Of a DNA stretch of 64,000 bases, positions 27,713 to 38,405 are shown one piece after another (the first letter of the stretch is position 1; the number at the start of each line of letters is the position of its first letter). Made by a program: the position numbers and the translations under genes. Source of the stretch: Candidatus Thorarchaeota archaeon (GTDB taxonomy: Archaea; Asgardarchaeota; Thorarchaeia; Thorarchaeales; Thorarchaeaceae); the NCBI GenBank assembly GCA_048884785.1, contig JBHLQM010000003.1, positions 66,887-130,886 on the forward strand, written 5' to 3'. Under the pieces are notes generated by a model. The model was not told the DNA's origin. It ran no database searches and worked only from the letters and a program-made list of their open reading frames with translations.

Positions 27713-28477
27713 ATGGATGATGATTCAATACTTGGACCTGATGAAACAGTATATGATTATGATGAGGATGAGATCTCTGAGTATTCACCTGAAGAGGTCA
27801 AATTCTCTGTTCGCTTGATCGACGTGTCTCGAAAATACAATCTTGGGAGGAGAACTATTGATGCTCTGGAACGAGTTTCTCTGGAGGTAAAACCCGGAGA
27901 GTTCGTGGTTATTTCAGGCCATTCGGGTTCTGGAAAGACAACCCTCTTGAACATGATTGGTGCAATCGACTACGCAACTGAAGGACGTGTATTTGTCATG
28001 GATGTTCCCATTGGAGATTATGATGAAACATTCAGGGCGAACTTCCGTCTCAATAATACAGGCTTCATTTTCCAGAGCTACAATCTTGTGTCAACACTTA
28101 CAGCCTTGGAGAATGTTATGTTTCCAATGCAGCTTACTGATGCGCCGCGGAAGGAGCTTCAACAAGAGGCAGAGATACTTCTTACTAGAGTCAATTTATC
28201 TGATAGAATGGACCACTTGCCTTGGCAGCTCAGCTCTGGCGAACAACAACGCGTTGCTGTGGCTCGGGCAATGGCAAATGATCCTCCGATTATTCTGGCC
28301 GATGAACCTACAGCTAATCTAGACTTGGATTCTGCAAAAATGATTCGAGAGATCTTTGCTTCTTTGAATAAAGAAGGCAAGACCTTGATTGTGATGACAC
28401 ATGATGAACAGATCATGAATCTTCCGGGCACTAGGCATCTGAAAATGACAAAAGGAGTGCTGAAGGAGAATGCCTGA
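27713..28477 (+). CDS. ABC ATPase, LolD/MacB type
   Basis: GHSGSGKT, LSSGEQQRVAVARA, DEPT. Confidence 0.92.
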   Translation: MDDDSILGPDETVYDYDEDEISEYSPEEVKFSVRLIDVSRKYNLGRRTIDALERVSLEVKPGEFVVISGHSGSGKTTLLNMIGAIDYATEGRVFVMDVPIGDYDETFRANFRLNNTGFIFQSYNLVSTLTALENVMFPMQLTDAPRKELQQEAEILLTRVNLSDRMDHLPWQLSSGEQQRVAVARAMANDPPIILADEPTANLDLDSAKMIREIFASLNKEGKTLIVMTHDEQIMNLPGTRHLKMTKGVLKENA

Positions 28478-30320
28478 ACAAGACTATGCATCTCAGGACC
28501 TCAAACGCCGTCCATTCAGAACCTCAATCGTTCTCATCTCACTGACAACTGTTGTTGCGAGTACCACATTTCTGTTTCTCTTTTCTAATGTAATGTTGGG
28601 TGTTACAACTTCACTGACTAGCTCTGGATTGAGTTCTGTGCTTACCGTATTCTTTGACACATTCATATGGGCTACACTGCTGCTGGTCCTTTTAATGGGG
28701 GTTGCCGTTGCATCGAGTAATCTATCCTTGGAGATTGAGAGTCGAAGAAGGGATATTGGCTTGATGAAGTCAATTGGCACATTAATGGACACCATATACG
28801 ATCATTTCATGGCACAGGCTGTAATTCTGCTTCTAGGAGGTATTGTACTAGGAATTGCCTTGGGAACTCTATTGTATTTTCTTGGTCTCCTATGGATTGC
28901 ATTTTCATTAACTGGAGTCCAGTTTGTTTTCTACTTCCCAGTACTGCAAATTGCGGTGCTGGTTGGTATTCTGCTGTTTGCAGGGTATTTTGCAGCTCAG
29001 AAGCCTATCTATGATGCAGTGCACGAATCGCCTATTTCAGCATTAAATCCAGAGATTGGAATGAAAGTTCGCCGTGTTGGGTATTTGGATACCTTTGGTC
29101 TCCCTTTCAAAATGGCTACCAAAGGAACAGGTCGGAGAATGCGAGGTACAAGACGGACGATTCTCACTCTATTTCTTAGCTTCACATTAGCCTCTGTGCT
29201 TTGGATTGGGGGTGGAGTCGTTGAAACAACAATGGATGCATATATTGTTCGGTCAATGGGTGAAAATATCATTGCCATAGGGTCCCCTGACCTGCTCGAC
29301 CAATATTATGATGCATATTCTCTCACTGGAACACCATTAAACGCATCCTTCAGCTTTCTAGAAAGCTCTGATATTATTCCCTCGGAACTCATTACTGAAC
29401 TCGAAGGCGAATCAGATATTGTAAATATCGAATCGAGGTTAGTTGACTATACTACAGTATCTGAAGGAGCCGCCGTAATTTGGAATCCAACACTTGAGCA
29501 ATATGAACGCATTGGAGGAGACCGCGCTGATTCTGCTTTGATTGTTGGCATCGACTGGCAAACTACGGTGTCTAATTGGTATTTCGAGGGAACTGAAATC
29601 GATGAGCAAACAGAGGTATGGCTTGGTGGTGGCATAGCCACAACACTCTTCGAGGATCCACTGGTTCAGTCACTTGGTGTGAGAGGAACATCTTTTGATG
29701 TAGAGGCAATTGCGTTTGATATTGGCAATGGAGGCATGGTTGCATTTGTGCCCATAGAAACACTGCAGAATCTCTACGGTGTCGATGGAGGTAATCTTCT
29801 ATTAGTCCAACTTAATAGATACTCGGAAGACATCTTCTCAACAATTGAAGCTATTGCCAATGATTATGGATTTTCTGCATTCAATCAGCAGGAAGTGCTA
29901 AACTCCAATCTCAGTATTATCGCCGCATACTGGAATTTAATGCAACCCATCCCTATAATGGCATTAATCGGAGCTTTTCTGAATTTGATGTATTATCTGC
30001 TAATATCAATATTCAGCAGATTCAGAGACTATGTTATTATGAGGTCTGTTGGAGCAAAACCTTCGTTCATTGCAAAGACTATGATGGCTGAGGGTATTGA
30101 TATTGGGCTGAAAGCTGGGATTCCTGCCATATTCACCGCGATAGTCTTCAGTCTATTCTTTCTAGTGCCTGAAGCAGCTATCCCGACATTAGCTTACATC
30201 CCAATATCAGCGGCAATTGTGCTGGGCGCCCTGCTGTTGGTTATAGCACTATCATCCATTCCTGTCTACTTGCTATTCTCAAGTAAATCTGACCTCAGAG
30301 TGTCCGAATTCGCAGTCTAG
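28470..30320 (+). CDS. ABC permease, FtsX/MacB type
   Basis: RRRDIGLMKSIG and RFRDYVIMRSVGA FtsX motifs; large extracellular loop. Confidence 0.88.
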   Translation: MPEQDYASQDLKRRPFRTSIVLISLTTVVASTTFLFLFSNVMLGVTTSLTSSGLSSVLTVFFDTFIWATLLLVLLMGVAVASSNLSLEIESRRRDIGLMKSIGTLMDTIYDHFMAQAVILLLGGIVLGIALGTLLYFLGLLWIAFSLTGVQFVFYFPVLQIAVLVGILLFAGYFAAQKPIYDAVHESPISALNPEIGMKVRRVGYLDTFGLPFKMATKGTGRRMRGTRRTILTLFLSFTLASVLWIGGGVVETTMDAYIVRSMGENIIAIGSPDLLDQYYDAYSLTGTPLNASFSFLESSDIIPSELITELEGESDIVNIESRLVDYTTVSEGAAVIWNPTLEQYERIGGDRADSALIVGIDWQTTVSNWYFEGTEIDEQTEVWLGGGIATTLFEDPLVQSLGVRGTSFDVEAIAFDIGNGGMVAFVPIETLQNLYGVDGGNLLLVQLNRYSEDIFSTIEAIANDYGFSAFNQQEVLNSNLSIIAAYWNLMQPIPIMALIGAFLNLMYYLLISIFSRFRDYVIMRSVGAKPSFIAKTMMAEGIDIGLKAGIPAIFTAIVFSLFFLVPEAAIPTLAYIPISAAIVLGALLLVIALSSIPVYLLFSSKSDLRVSEFAV

Positions 30321-30418
30321 GAAAGGAATAGTGACAATGACTGGGCAAGATGAAGAGTTCTCACTACACAAAGACATTCTAGTAAAGCGCAACGACCTAT
30401 CAGTCTAAGGGATGATGC

Positions 30419-32044
30419 CTAGATGTATCGTTCAAGTGTCTTGATGATTGCCTTTGCTCCTATGGTGTAAATATAAGGTCCCAATTTCGGACCACGATCA
30501 TCATTCAAGAGAATCCTATACAGTATTGTGAAGAAGTCTCTAGGTTTGATATCATATTGACGTGCTGTTTCAAAGATGCCTGTCTGAATATCATCTGCAC
30601 TGCTCGCCTCTTTTATTGCTTTAATGAGTGAAGCAATGGCAGTCTTCAGTTCTTCAGATAGTTCGACCTGAATCTCTTCAAGCTGTTTGAAATCCTTCAC
30701 CCAATTCTCAGCATATTGAACTCTATCTTCTATATCTTTCAAACCTCTGCCTTCCTGAAGATATCCATAATCCCTTAATCTAGATTCCACGAATTCTTCT
30801 CTGTTGACTTCTGGCGCAACAGATAGTAGATTCACTAATAGCGTGTATGGAACTTGAGTGGATCTTTCATCCGGGGGTTCAAGATGATGACAGTATTCAA
30901 ACAAACCTGACAGTTTTCTCTTTCTTGCCTGATTTCCTTCTTTTATTCTTCCAAAATATATGTCCTCTAGGTAATCAAGCTCCCTCATGTAATTAGGAAC
31001 GTCATCTACTGACAATGACCTGCTCCCTGTCATCCGCTTATATGTTAGAAGTGCTAGTGATTCAGCAGATCCATATCGGAACCACATCTGTGGAGTAAGT
31101 ACGTTCCCCTTGGACTTCGAGATTTTAGAACCCCCCTTATCTAGAAACATCTCATATCTGGCATGTGTTGGCGGTTCATACTGAAATATTTCTTTGCAGA
31201 TTCGATCATTGCAAATGACCGATTCAAAGATATCCTTTCCAAAGGCTTCAAAATCAATCTGCAATAGATCCCATCTCGCTGCGAATTCGACTTTCCACGT
31301 TAGTTTGCCTTCACCTTTCGCTACATTTGCATAACCATGGTGGTTGCAGCCACCCAGAAGCTTTCCTCTAATTTCATCCCCTTCACAAAGATACTCAACG
31401 GTCTTTTTCTTTGCGTCATACGCTATTGCTTTGGTAGTGTAGATTTTCCCACATTGTTTACAGATAGCATGATAGGGCAAGGTTGCTAGATACTTGTCTT
31501 GATTCGTTGTTTCCTTAATGATTTGACCCGCCAGCTGCGCGCTGGAGAGCAGGGTATTTACTTGTTTGGTCATCTTTCCAGATGTATACAATTTGTAGGC
31601 AGACATGGCAGTAAATTCGATTCCAGCTTCGCGTATCGAGTCTATAAGTAGTGAAGACATGTGTTCTCCGTAGCTACCATGGCAACCCCAAGTATCAGGA
31701 ATAGTTGAAACGGGTTTGCCTAGATGTTCTTTCAACTCAGCTGGGGTGCCAGCTGGAACTCTACGTAAGCCATCCATATCATCTGCGAAGGCAACATACT
31801 CCGCTGTCCTACCTACATCCTCCACTGCTAACTTGAACGCGTAAGCTCGCGACGCATCAGCAAATGAGCCTATGTGAGGGAATCCTGATGCACCCAGTCC
31901 ACTTTCAGTTCTTATCACATCAGGATGTTCACCAATAAGATTGTCTTTGCGGTTTATGACATCTAATGCTAGTTTGTCAATCCAAGTACCTCGACCAATG
32001 ATTTCGTCTGAGTCTTCTTCTCCGAAATCAAATCTATTAGTCAA
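30419..32044 (-). CDS. lysS: Class I lysyl-tRNA synthetase
   Basis: SGFPHIG, DDMDGLRRVP, KISKSKGN, GPKLG. Confidence 0.95.
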   Translation of the reverse strand: MTNRFDFGEEDSDEIIGRGTWIDKLALDVINRKDNLIGEHPDVIRTESGLGASGFPHIGSFADASRAYAFKLAVEDVGRTAEYVAFADDMDGLRRVPAGTPAELKEHLGKPVSTIPDTWGCHGSYGEHMSSLLIDSIREAGIEFTAMSAYKLYTSGKMTKQVNTLLSSAQLAGQIIKETTNQDKYLATLPYHAICKQCGKIYTTKAIAYDAKKKTVEYLCEGDEIRGKLLGGCNHHGYANVAKGEGKLTWKVEFAARWDLLQIDFEAFGKDIFESVICNDRICKEIFQYEPPTHARYEMFLDKGGSKISKSKGNVLTPQMWFRYGSAESLALLTYKRMTGSRSLSVDDVPNYMRELDYLEDIYFGRIKEGNQARKRKLSGLFEYCHHLEPPDERSTQVPYTLLVNLLSVAPEVNREEFVESRLRDYGYLQEGRGLKDIEDRVQYAENWVKDFKQLEEIQVELSEELKTAIASLIKAIKEASSADDIQTGIFETARQYDIKPRDFFTILYRILLNDDRGPKLGPYIYTIGAKAIIKTLERYI

Positions 32045-32188
32045 ATTAGCTCACCACTTTCAATCTATCTCAGTTATTCATTCTTTATAATAATAGTAGA
32101 TAGTTTCTTTCATAGCATGGAAGGAATTGCACAACACGTTTATTAACGGCATGAAAGTCGGCCAAAGTAGGCCCATGATGCTGGATTT

Positions 32189-32905
32189 GTGAGACTCATG
32201 CTCGGATCTTTAAGAGAACGCTACCAACGTGCAATGATGCCAGTTGGGAAGGTGCTCGCTCGTACAGGTATAACTCCCAATATGATAACAGGATTAACAG
32301 TCGTTGTTGCACTAGTTTGTGCTTGGTTTTTCATTATGGGTGACCTCTTGATTGGTCTTCTGTTTATGATATTGACTGTTGTCATGGATATGTTCGATGG
32401 TGCTGTTGCGCGTGCATCAGGTCTCGCGTCAAAATTCGGTGCTACATTTGACCACACTCTAGACAGGTATGCAGAGTTTCTGTTCATGCTTGGACTTATG
32501 ATGGGCCCAATTTACGTAGTATCTATCCCATGGTGGCCATATTCTGCAGGAGATACATTTGTACCATGGTTCTGGGGGTTCTTCACACTCTTTGGCATGA
32601 TAATGGCGAGCTTTGCACGTGCAAAGGCAGAGTCAGTTGGTGGAATGGAAAACTGCGCAGTTGGCATTGCCGAGCGGCAAGAGAAATTAATACTCACTAT
32701 TGCAGGAATTCTGCTTCTGGCTATTCCAACCACGAATATATGGATGGATTTCCTTTACATGCTATCATCATCTGCAGTTCAGCTATTCGTTTTTCTGAAC
32801 ATAACCAACATTCTGACTCTGTTCATAGTTATTGTGGGAATCCTTTCACATATTACTGTGGTTCAGCGATTAGTCTACGCCAAGAAAATGATTACACAAA
32901 AATGA
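32189..32905 (+). CDS. CDP-alcohol phosphatidyltransferase (archaetidylinositol-phosphate synthase-like)
   Basis: TPN, DMFDGAVAR...GATFDHTLDRY, RAKAES, ER. Confidence 0.9.
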   Translation: MRLMLGSLRERYQRAMMPVGKVLARTGITPNMITGLTVVVALVCAWFFIMGDLLIGLLFMILTVVMDMFDGAVARASGLASKFGATFDHTLDRYAEFLFMLGLMMGPIYVVSIPWWPYSAGDTFVPWFWGFFTLFGMIMASFARAKAESVGGMENCAVGIAERQEKLILTIAGILLLAIPTTNIWMDFLYMLSSSAVQLFVFLNITNILTLFIVIVGILSHITVVQRLVYAKKMITQK

Positions 32906-32909
32906 GAGG

Positions 32910-33839
32910 ATGACTCGAAAGATGTATGAACTTGTTGTGATAGGAAATCCCTATTATAACATCATTAGAACACCTCAATTCGAGACTCAGAACAGAATCC
33001 TCTCGGATCCTTCCAGCAATATTGCACGAGTCGCTTCCAAGCTCGGAGTACATGAACTAGTTCTTATTGGGGCGATAGGACAGGATTATCGAAACGCACT
33101 TGCTCAGGATTTAGAAGATTATGGCGTTCCTGAATACTATGCCATCGAATCTCCAACAACAGGTGGGTTTCATATCGATTGCCACCATGAAGGCCTTCCT
33201 GTTCTTTCTCTTCTAGAATCTGCTCGGGAGTTAAGAATTCGTGACATTCCTGAGGAATTCCTATCAGCCGAGAATATTGTGATTGCTCCGTCGCTAATGG
33301 AAACAAATGCGGAGATTATCGAGTGGATTTCCAACACTTCTGATGCATCAATCATTCTAGATACCCAGGGACTTGGTCGTCGTGTGAATCAGAATCGAGA
33401 GATAGAATTTCATCTCAATGGAGGTTTGGTAGAGAATCTCCTTGATTTGGCTACAATCGTGAAGATTGAGCGACCACTATGGAAACTGGTCACTGGCGAA
33501 ACTGATCCGCTATTAGCTGCAGAGTTTCTGGTAGAAAATGGTGCTGACATCGGAATAGCGATGTTATCCTCAATGGGTGCAGTTGTATATGATGGAAACG
33601 AATTCCTAATTGTGCCCACAGAAAAGAGGTTTGTAAGAAACATCATGGCGGCGAGTGATGCTTTTCTAGCGGCATTTGTGGTTTATTTAAGCCGCTCAGA
33701 TGACATGACCGAGCGAGCTGCCTTCGCTTCAGGGGCCGCAAGCACTGTCATGGAACACAGTTGTGTGGAGTTTGATATAATTCCAGAGGAAGTACATCAA
33801 AGGCAGCAAGCAATCATAGATCGTGTCGTCGTGAAATAG
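32910..33839 (+). CDS. PfkB-fold protein, inositol-kinase-like, degenerate GAGD motif
   Basis: PfkB layout, LDTQGLGR, MAASDAF in place of TGAGD. Confidence 0.75.
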   Translation: MTRKMYELVVIGNPYYNIIRTPQFETQNRILSDPSSNIARVASKLGVHELVLIGAIGQDYRNALAQDLEDYGVPEYYAIESPTTGGFHIDCHHEGLPVLSLLESARELRIRDIPEEFLSAENIVIAPSLMETNAEIIEWISNTSDASIILDTQGLGRRVNQNREIEFHLNGGLVENLLDLATIVKIERPLWKLVTGETDPLLAAEFLVENGADIGIAMLSSMGAVVYDGNEFLIVPTEKRFVRNIMAASDAFLAAFVVYLSRSDDMTERAAFASGAASTVMEHSCVEFDIIPEEVHQRQQAIIDRVVVK

Positions 33840-33844
33840 TACTT

Positions 33845-34195
33845 CTATTCAGTTAAATCAAAAACAAGGTTGAGTGTATCAGACAAGAATCTGCGAGCCT
33901 CTCTCATTGCAATCCTTCCATTATTCGTAATTTCATAGTACTTTCTGGGAGAGTCTGTAGCCTTTTGCTCTGAAACCAATCCATCTTTGATTAGTCTGTA
34001 TATTATTGCATATCCGCTGACAGTTGCTGGAGAGAATCCAAACCTATCTGTAACAAGTTTCTTTAGCTCATAGCCGTAGTGAGGTCTTTCTTGCAGTAGT
34101 CTGAGGATGTATATCCATAGCATCTCCTTTGTGAGTTTATTCACCAATCTATGAATCGCCCTAGGCTTTTCGCCTGATTCGTATTCCCCAGTCAT
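33845..34195 (-). CDS. PadR family regulator
   Basis: PHYGYEL, RKYYEITNNG; ATG 34195 overlaps the trmY stop. Confidence 0.88.
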   Translation of the reverse strand: MTGEYESGEKPRAIHRLVNKLTKEMLWIYILRLLQERPHYGYELKKLVTDRFGFSPATVSGYAIIYRLIKDGLVSEQKATDSPRKYYEITNNGRIAMREARRFLSDTLNLVFDLTE

Positions 34196-34794
34196 TGCTT
34201 TGACCTCTCCCAATGCGAAATAATCGATGCGACACAATGGCTCCCGAGGAGGCTCACTGGTCCCAGAGACACTGATTTGATTTTTAGTTTCACAATCATT
34301 TCTCTTGTCTGAGCATCGAAGCCTCGATGGTCTCCGACCATAAAACTGTATTGTGAAACTCCTTTCTTAAGCTTGATTGTGGAAAATGGCGCTCCTGATT
34401 CATCCAATACATACAAGTATGAATGATTAGAATCTTTGATTCCCTCCAGAACTGAAACAAGGGGACCTTCCATGAATCTGACAAAATCTGGAGGACTTCC
34501 CTTTAACGAATTCTTTAGAACTCGAGCCCACCAGACTTCACCACGACCAAGGCAAACCGGATCTGCTTTGATTTGAAGAATCTTGCTTTCCCCAATCGAG
34601 ACTATGGCTTCGATTTCTGAGGTTGCATTCGTATGAGGTGCCCAATCAAAGCATGCCGCAAGAGTTCTACAAAGAACATCTATTCTCATACCTGACCCAG
34701 GTAGGTCCTTGAAAAGAAAATCCCCTCTTGGATTAATTGAAGGGAAGATTAGGATGAATCTCAGACTGGTGGAGTCAGTCATTTGGAATACCAT
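34192..34794 (-). CDS. trmY: tRNA m1Psi54 methyltransferase (SPOUT)
   Basis: DLPGSGMRIDVLCR, LDESG, GDHRGF, SLGP..L..SHC. Confidence 0.8.
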   Translation of the reverse strand: MVFQMTDSTSLRFILIFPSINPRGDFLFKDLPGSGMRIDVLCRTLAACFDWAPHTNATSEIEAIVSIGESKILQIKADPVCLGRGEVWWARVLKNSLKGSPPDFVRFMEGPLVSVLEGIKDSNHSYLYVLDESGAPFSTIKLKKGVSQYSFMVGDHRGFDAQTREMIVKLKIKSVSLGPVSLLGSHCVASIISHWERSKQ

Positions 34795-34860
34795 CTAGTT
34801 TGCTATTTCGACGTCTAAAGCACTAATAGTTTTTGAATGGGCGGCATTTTGCAGCTGTAT

Positions 34861-35148
34861 TTACCGACGACTGAGGTGTGATCTTCTCTCAGTTGACTGT
34901 CTAATGTGTACCTTTCCAGTGTGAACTGCACAACTTACACAATAGGTTTCAGTAACAATTTTGCTTGGCACAAAACTACCACTTTGCCGTAACTCACGGG
35001 CCAGCTGATGGTCAACAGCACTCACTCTTCGAGTACGTTTCTTTGCCTTGTCAGCAGGCACGATTCTGCCGCATTTTGAACACTGCACATTTTTTGATTT
35101 GCCTGAGGCTCCCTTCGACCTGCCTCCGGATTTTCTTTTCTTAGTCAA
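34861..35148 (-). CDS. rps26e: Ribosomal protein eS26
   Basis: MTKKRKSGGR, VQCSKCGR.VP.DKA, YCVSCAVH. Confidence 0.95.
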   Translation of the reverse strand: MTKKRKSGGRSKGASGKSKNVQCSKCGRIVPADKAKKRTRRVSAVDHQLARELRQSGSFVPSKIVTETYCVSCAVHTGKVHIRQSTERRSHLSRR

Positions 35149-35221
35149 TTATACTCTTCCACCAGGAATCGATTCAATTCGGGCCAACCAGTTTGGCCTT
35201 AAAATCTTGTTCATATCGGTC

Positions 35222-36295
35222 CTACCAAAACCTGCCTACAATTTCTTCCACTTTATCCAAAACTCCAAGATTGGCGTCATCCAAAGACTTGACAGTTTCC
35301 CGTTGAATCTGGTCCTGAAGCTTTGGCATTTCCCTACCATCCAGACCATAGAGGAGGGCATGGATGGAAGGTCCGATGATAAGTGGGTTATAGCCTCCCT
35401 CAAGAACTGAAAATGATCCTCGAATCCCAAGCTTTTCTACAGTTTCATTAATGGTTTTTCCAATATACCAGAAGGTCGATGTATCGATATTCATATTTCC
35501 AACAGGGTCTGCATAATGTGAGTCAAAGCCGGCTGACAGTCCAATAATGTCCGGTTCAAATTTCAAAATGGATGGAATTGCAATTCTTTTGACAGCTTCC
35601 CGATATACCATATCTGAGGTTGCATCGATGAGTGGAATGTTAATATTCGTACCTACAGCCTCACCAAAACCCAATTCCTCATAATGTCCGATTCCGAAGT
35701 TTTCGTAGTCATACTCATGTATGCTGATGTACTGTACATTCTTATTAGCGTAGAATATGTCCGCAGTCCCATTACCAAAATGATCATCAAAGTCAAAAAT
35801 TGTGACGCGTTTGATATCAGAGGAATCCATCAGCTTCATCGTTGCTATAGCGATATTATTGAAGTAGCAAAGGCCCGCCGCGGTCGACCGAGAAGCATGA
35901 TGACCAGGAGGTCGCATCAGTGAAAATGCGTGTTTCACCTCGTTCCTAGCTACTAGTTCTGCGGCAAGAATAGCACCCCCCACAGATATCATGGCGGTTC
36001 TGTATAGATCAGGGCTTGCATGGGCAGACTCTCCTATGACTCCACTGCCAATATTGGACATGAGCCGAACAGACTCAACAAGATATGGAGTATGAACTTT
36101 GAGAATATCTTCTATATTCGCACGAGGCGCTTTCTGTTGATCGACTTCATTCAGGAGTCCTGTTTCCCTTAGGTAATGCTCTGCCATCTGAGTCCTTAAT
36201 GGAGCTTCAAAAGATTCCAAATTTGGTCTAGGAAAGGGTTGAACATGGTGATGTGATTTTGGGTGAGTGATTACAGCCATGCGATCTTTTTTCAT
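35222..36295 (-). CDS. Zn-dependent histone deacetylase family protein
   Basis: RPPGHHA, CYFNN, DFDDHFGNGT, SAGFDSH, LEGGY. Confidence 0.92.
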   Translation of the reverse strand: MKKDRMAVITHPKSHHHVQPFPRPNLESFEAPLRTQMAEHYLRETGLLNEVDQQKAPRANIEDILKVHTPYLVESVRLMSNIGSGVIGESAHASPDLYRTAMISVGGAILAAELVARNEVKHAFSLMRPPGHHASRSTAAGLCYFNNIAIATMKLMDSSDIKRVTIFDFDDHFGNGTADIFYANKNVQYISIHEYDYENFGIGHYEELGFGEAVGTNINIPLIDATSDMVYREAVKRIAIPSILKFEPDIIGLSAGFDSHYADPVGNMNIDTSTFWYIGKTINETVEKLGIRGSFSVLEGGYNPLIIGPSIHALLYGLDGREMPKLQDQIQRETVKSLDDANLGVLDKVEEIVGRFW

Positions 36296-36329
36296 TGCAT
36301 CCTCTCGCTGTGTTTTTTATTCCACTTGA

Positions 36330-37781
36330 TTAAATTGTTGCCTTTAGCGGGAAATCCTGTTCTAGAGGCAAAATGTAACTGTACAATATGTTCAGAACCC
36401 GGGCAGAAACATCAGTGGGTTTTGAAAGTAATTTCAGGCCGCGAATTCCATGATTCTTTATTAGGCTCCTAGTTAAATCTGCGGATCTTGTCCAATCCCT
36501 TTTTTCTTCAACCCATAAATAACCATCAATCTCATAGATTTCAGAATGTGCTCTTCTGAAGCCCTCAGCTTCTGGTATATCAATTGGAGGCCCTTTCCTT
36601 GAGTAGTGAGATGAAATCTCAGGGGATTCAACTACAAATCCAAGGGAATAGTGGTTTCTCTCGAAGTAGACCTCGAACAAGATTTCTCCAAATCTCCTCT
36701 CACCAGTTCTCTCATGCTCTAATATGCTGGTTATTTTTCTTCCCAGCCGATGAAGCTTGTCTCTCAAAACCGTGTAATGAACGGTGCCATCGGATTCGAA
36801 TTCGAATACAAATGAATGGGCCAGGAACCAATTTGGAGGCTTTTCCGCAGCAACCGGTTTTTCGATTATCAAATCAAAATAAGCTTCATCTGTTTTTGTC
36901 GAAACCTCCAGCAATCCGGCCGTTTGCTTTCTGAGCCATCGATACGATCTATCGGAGAAACTAGAAGCAACATTCCTATTGGTATCTGTTGGGTCAATAA
37001 TGAAGATCGAGTTGTCTCTGAATTGAGGTAGTTCTCGCAGCACCTGAAGATCTCTTTTCAGAGGATCAATAGGACATTCTTCAAGACTATTCAGTGCCAT
37101 CAAGGCATTCTTTAGACTTCCAGTTTGGAGTATTAAGATTTCTAAGGAATATCCTGTAAAACCCATTTGTCCTATGGCGCATGCATCAGCATAAACATGA
37201 CTTGCTCGAGCAAAAGATTTGAGAATTCTTACATCCTCTCTTAGCCTTTCAGTGATTCTTTCGCTGACATATCTAGTGTGATGAACTGTCCTATCAACTG
37301 CAGTAATTGGCCCCTCAGACGCCAATCTTTCTGCCGATAGATCAAAGCAGACAAGAATATCTACATCATTTCCCATGAATTCTAGAGAAAGGTATGGGTG
37401 TTGAGAGTAGGTCTTCTGCATGTGGCGAATTTTTAACTTCCGAAGAGCTGGTACGAACCACTTGTCAACTAGGAATTCAAGCTGCCTATCAAGCTCTTTT
37501 GATCTCTGTTTCGAATCTGAATCCAGTATGTTTCTGTAATCCTCTGGATCCATACCAACAAAAAGGTCGATATCACCAGCACCTCTTAGCTGAGTTTGCT
37601 TTTTGCCTGTTGAACCTTGAGGCTCAATGAATGAATATGCTTGATTAATCTCTCTCGAGTAATCATCCAAGGCCTCGGTCAATGTGCGAATTGCTTTGTT
37701 TTGAGATTCTATTTCCTCCTGGAGTGGAATGATACGGGCCAATAGTTTTTTGCGAATGGATGGAGGAATGAACTCTTGCAC
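36330..37781 (-). CDS. cca: Archaeal class I CCA-adding enzyme
   Basis: GS..K.T.L.G..DIDLF, QHPY, TAVDRT.HH, GFTGY, DPTD..RNVAS. Confidence 0.9.
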   Translation of the reverse strand: MQEFIPPSIRKKLLARIIPLQEEIESQNKAIRTLTEALDDYSREINQAYSFIEPQGSTGKKQTQLRGAGDIDLFVGMDPEDYRNILDSDSKQRSKELDRQLEFLVDKWFVPALRKLKIRHMQKTYSQHPYLSLEFMGNDVDILVCFDLSAERLASEGPITAVDRTVHHTRYVSERITERLREDVRILKSFARASHVYADACAIGQMGFTGYSLEILILQTGSLKNALMALNSLEECPIDPLKRDLQVLRELPQFRDNSIFIIDPTDTNRNVASSFSDRSYRWLRKQTAGLLEVSTKTDEAYFDLIIEKPVAAEKPPNWFLAHSFVFEFESDGTVHYTVLRDKLHRLGRKITSILEHERTGERRFGEILFEVYFERNHYSLGFVVESPEISSHYSRKGPPIDIPEAEGFRRAHSEIYEIDGYLWVEEKRDWTRSADLTRSLIKNHGIRGLKLLSKPTDVSARVLNILYSYILPLEQDFPLKATI

Positions 37782-37907
37782 TGTTTCGACCTATATCATG
37801 ATACATTACATACGCTATGAATCTTGACCTTCTTCGAACTTCGCGTAGGTTTAAAGAGCCAGATATCATGAACCCCTAATGCTGTCTTATAGCTGGGGCT
37901 GAGCATT

Positions 37908-38405
37908 GTGACAAAGATAATCCCTATTGTAATAACAATCCTTAGCGTAGGTGAGAAATTCCTGTTCCTCAAGCGGCGGAATCCACCATATGAGAATCTA
38001 TGGAGTCTTGTTGGAGGCAAGGTAAACCCTGGCGAGCATATATTCACTGCAGCAAAACGAGAAGTCATGGAAGAAACTGGATCGGCACATGTGTATGATT
38101 ACTCTATGAAAGGGGTAGTATCAGAGCGTCTCGTGAAACCGGATGGGGGTTTAGAGGCTCAGTTCTTGATTTTCGTTGGAGATGCCAAATTAGATTCTTT
38201 CTCAAAAACGCATGACGAGGGAGTTCTTTCGCTTTTCACTCTCAATGATCTGGAGATGATAAAGAATTCAATTCTTCCCTCTGATTGGGAGATGTTTTCA
38301 TCCTTCAGAAGTCTTGATCAGAATTGCATAAGATATTATGAAGCCGAACTTGTGCATGATGAAGGCAATTACACCCTTAACTACTACAGAGATGGTCTTG
38401 GTTGA
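37908..38405 (+). CDS. NUDIX hydrolase
   Basis: GGKVNPGE....AAKREVMEETG Nudix box. Confidence 0.92.
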   Translation: MTKIIPIVITILSVGEKFLFLKRRNPPYENLWSLVGGKVNPGEHIFTAAKREVMEETGSAHVYDYSMKGVVSERLVKPDGGLEAQFLIFVGDAKLDSFSKTHDEGVLSLFTLNDLEMIKNSILPSDWEMFSSFRSLDQNCIRYYEAELVHDEGNYTLNYYRDGLG

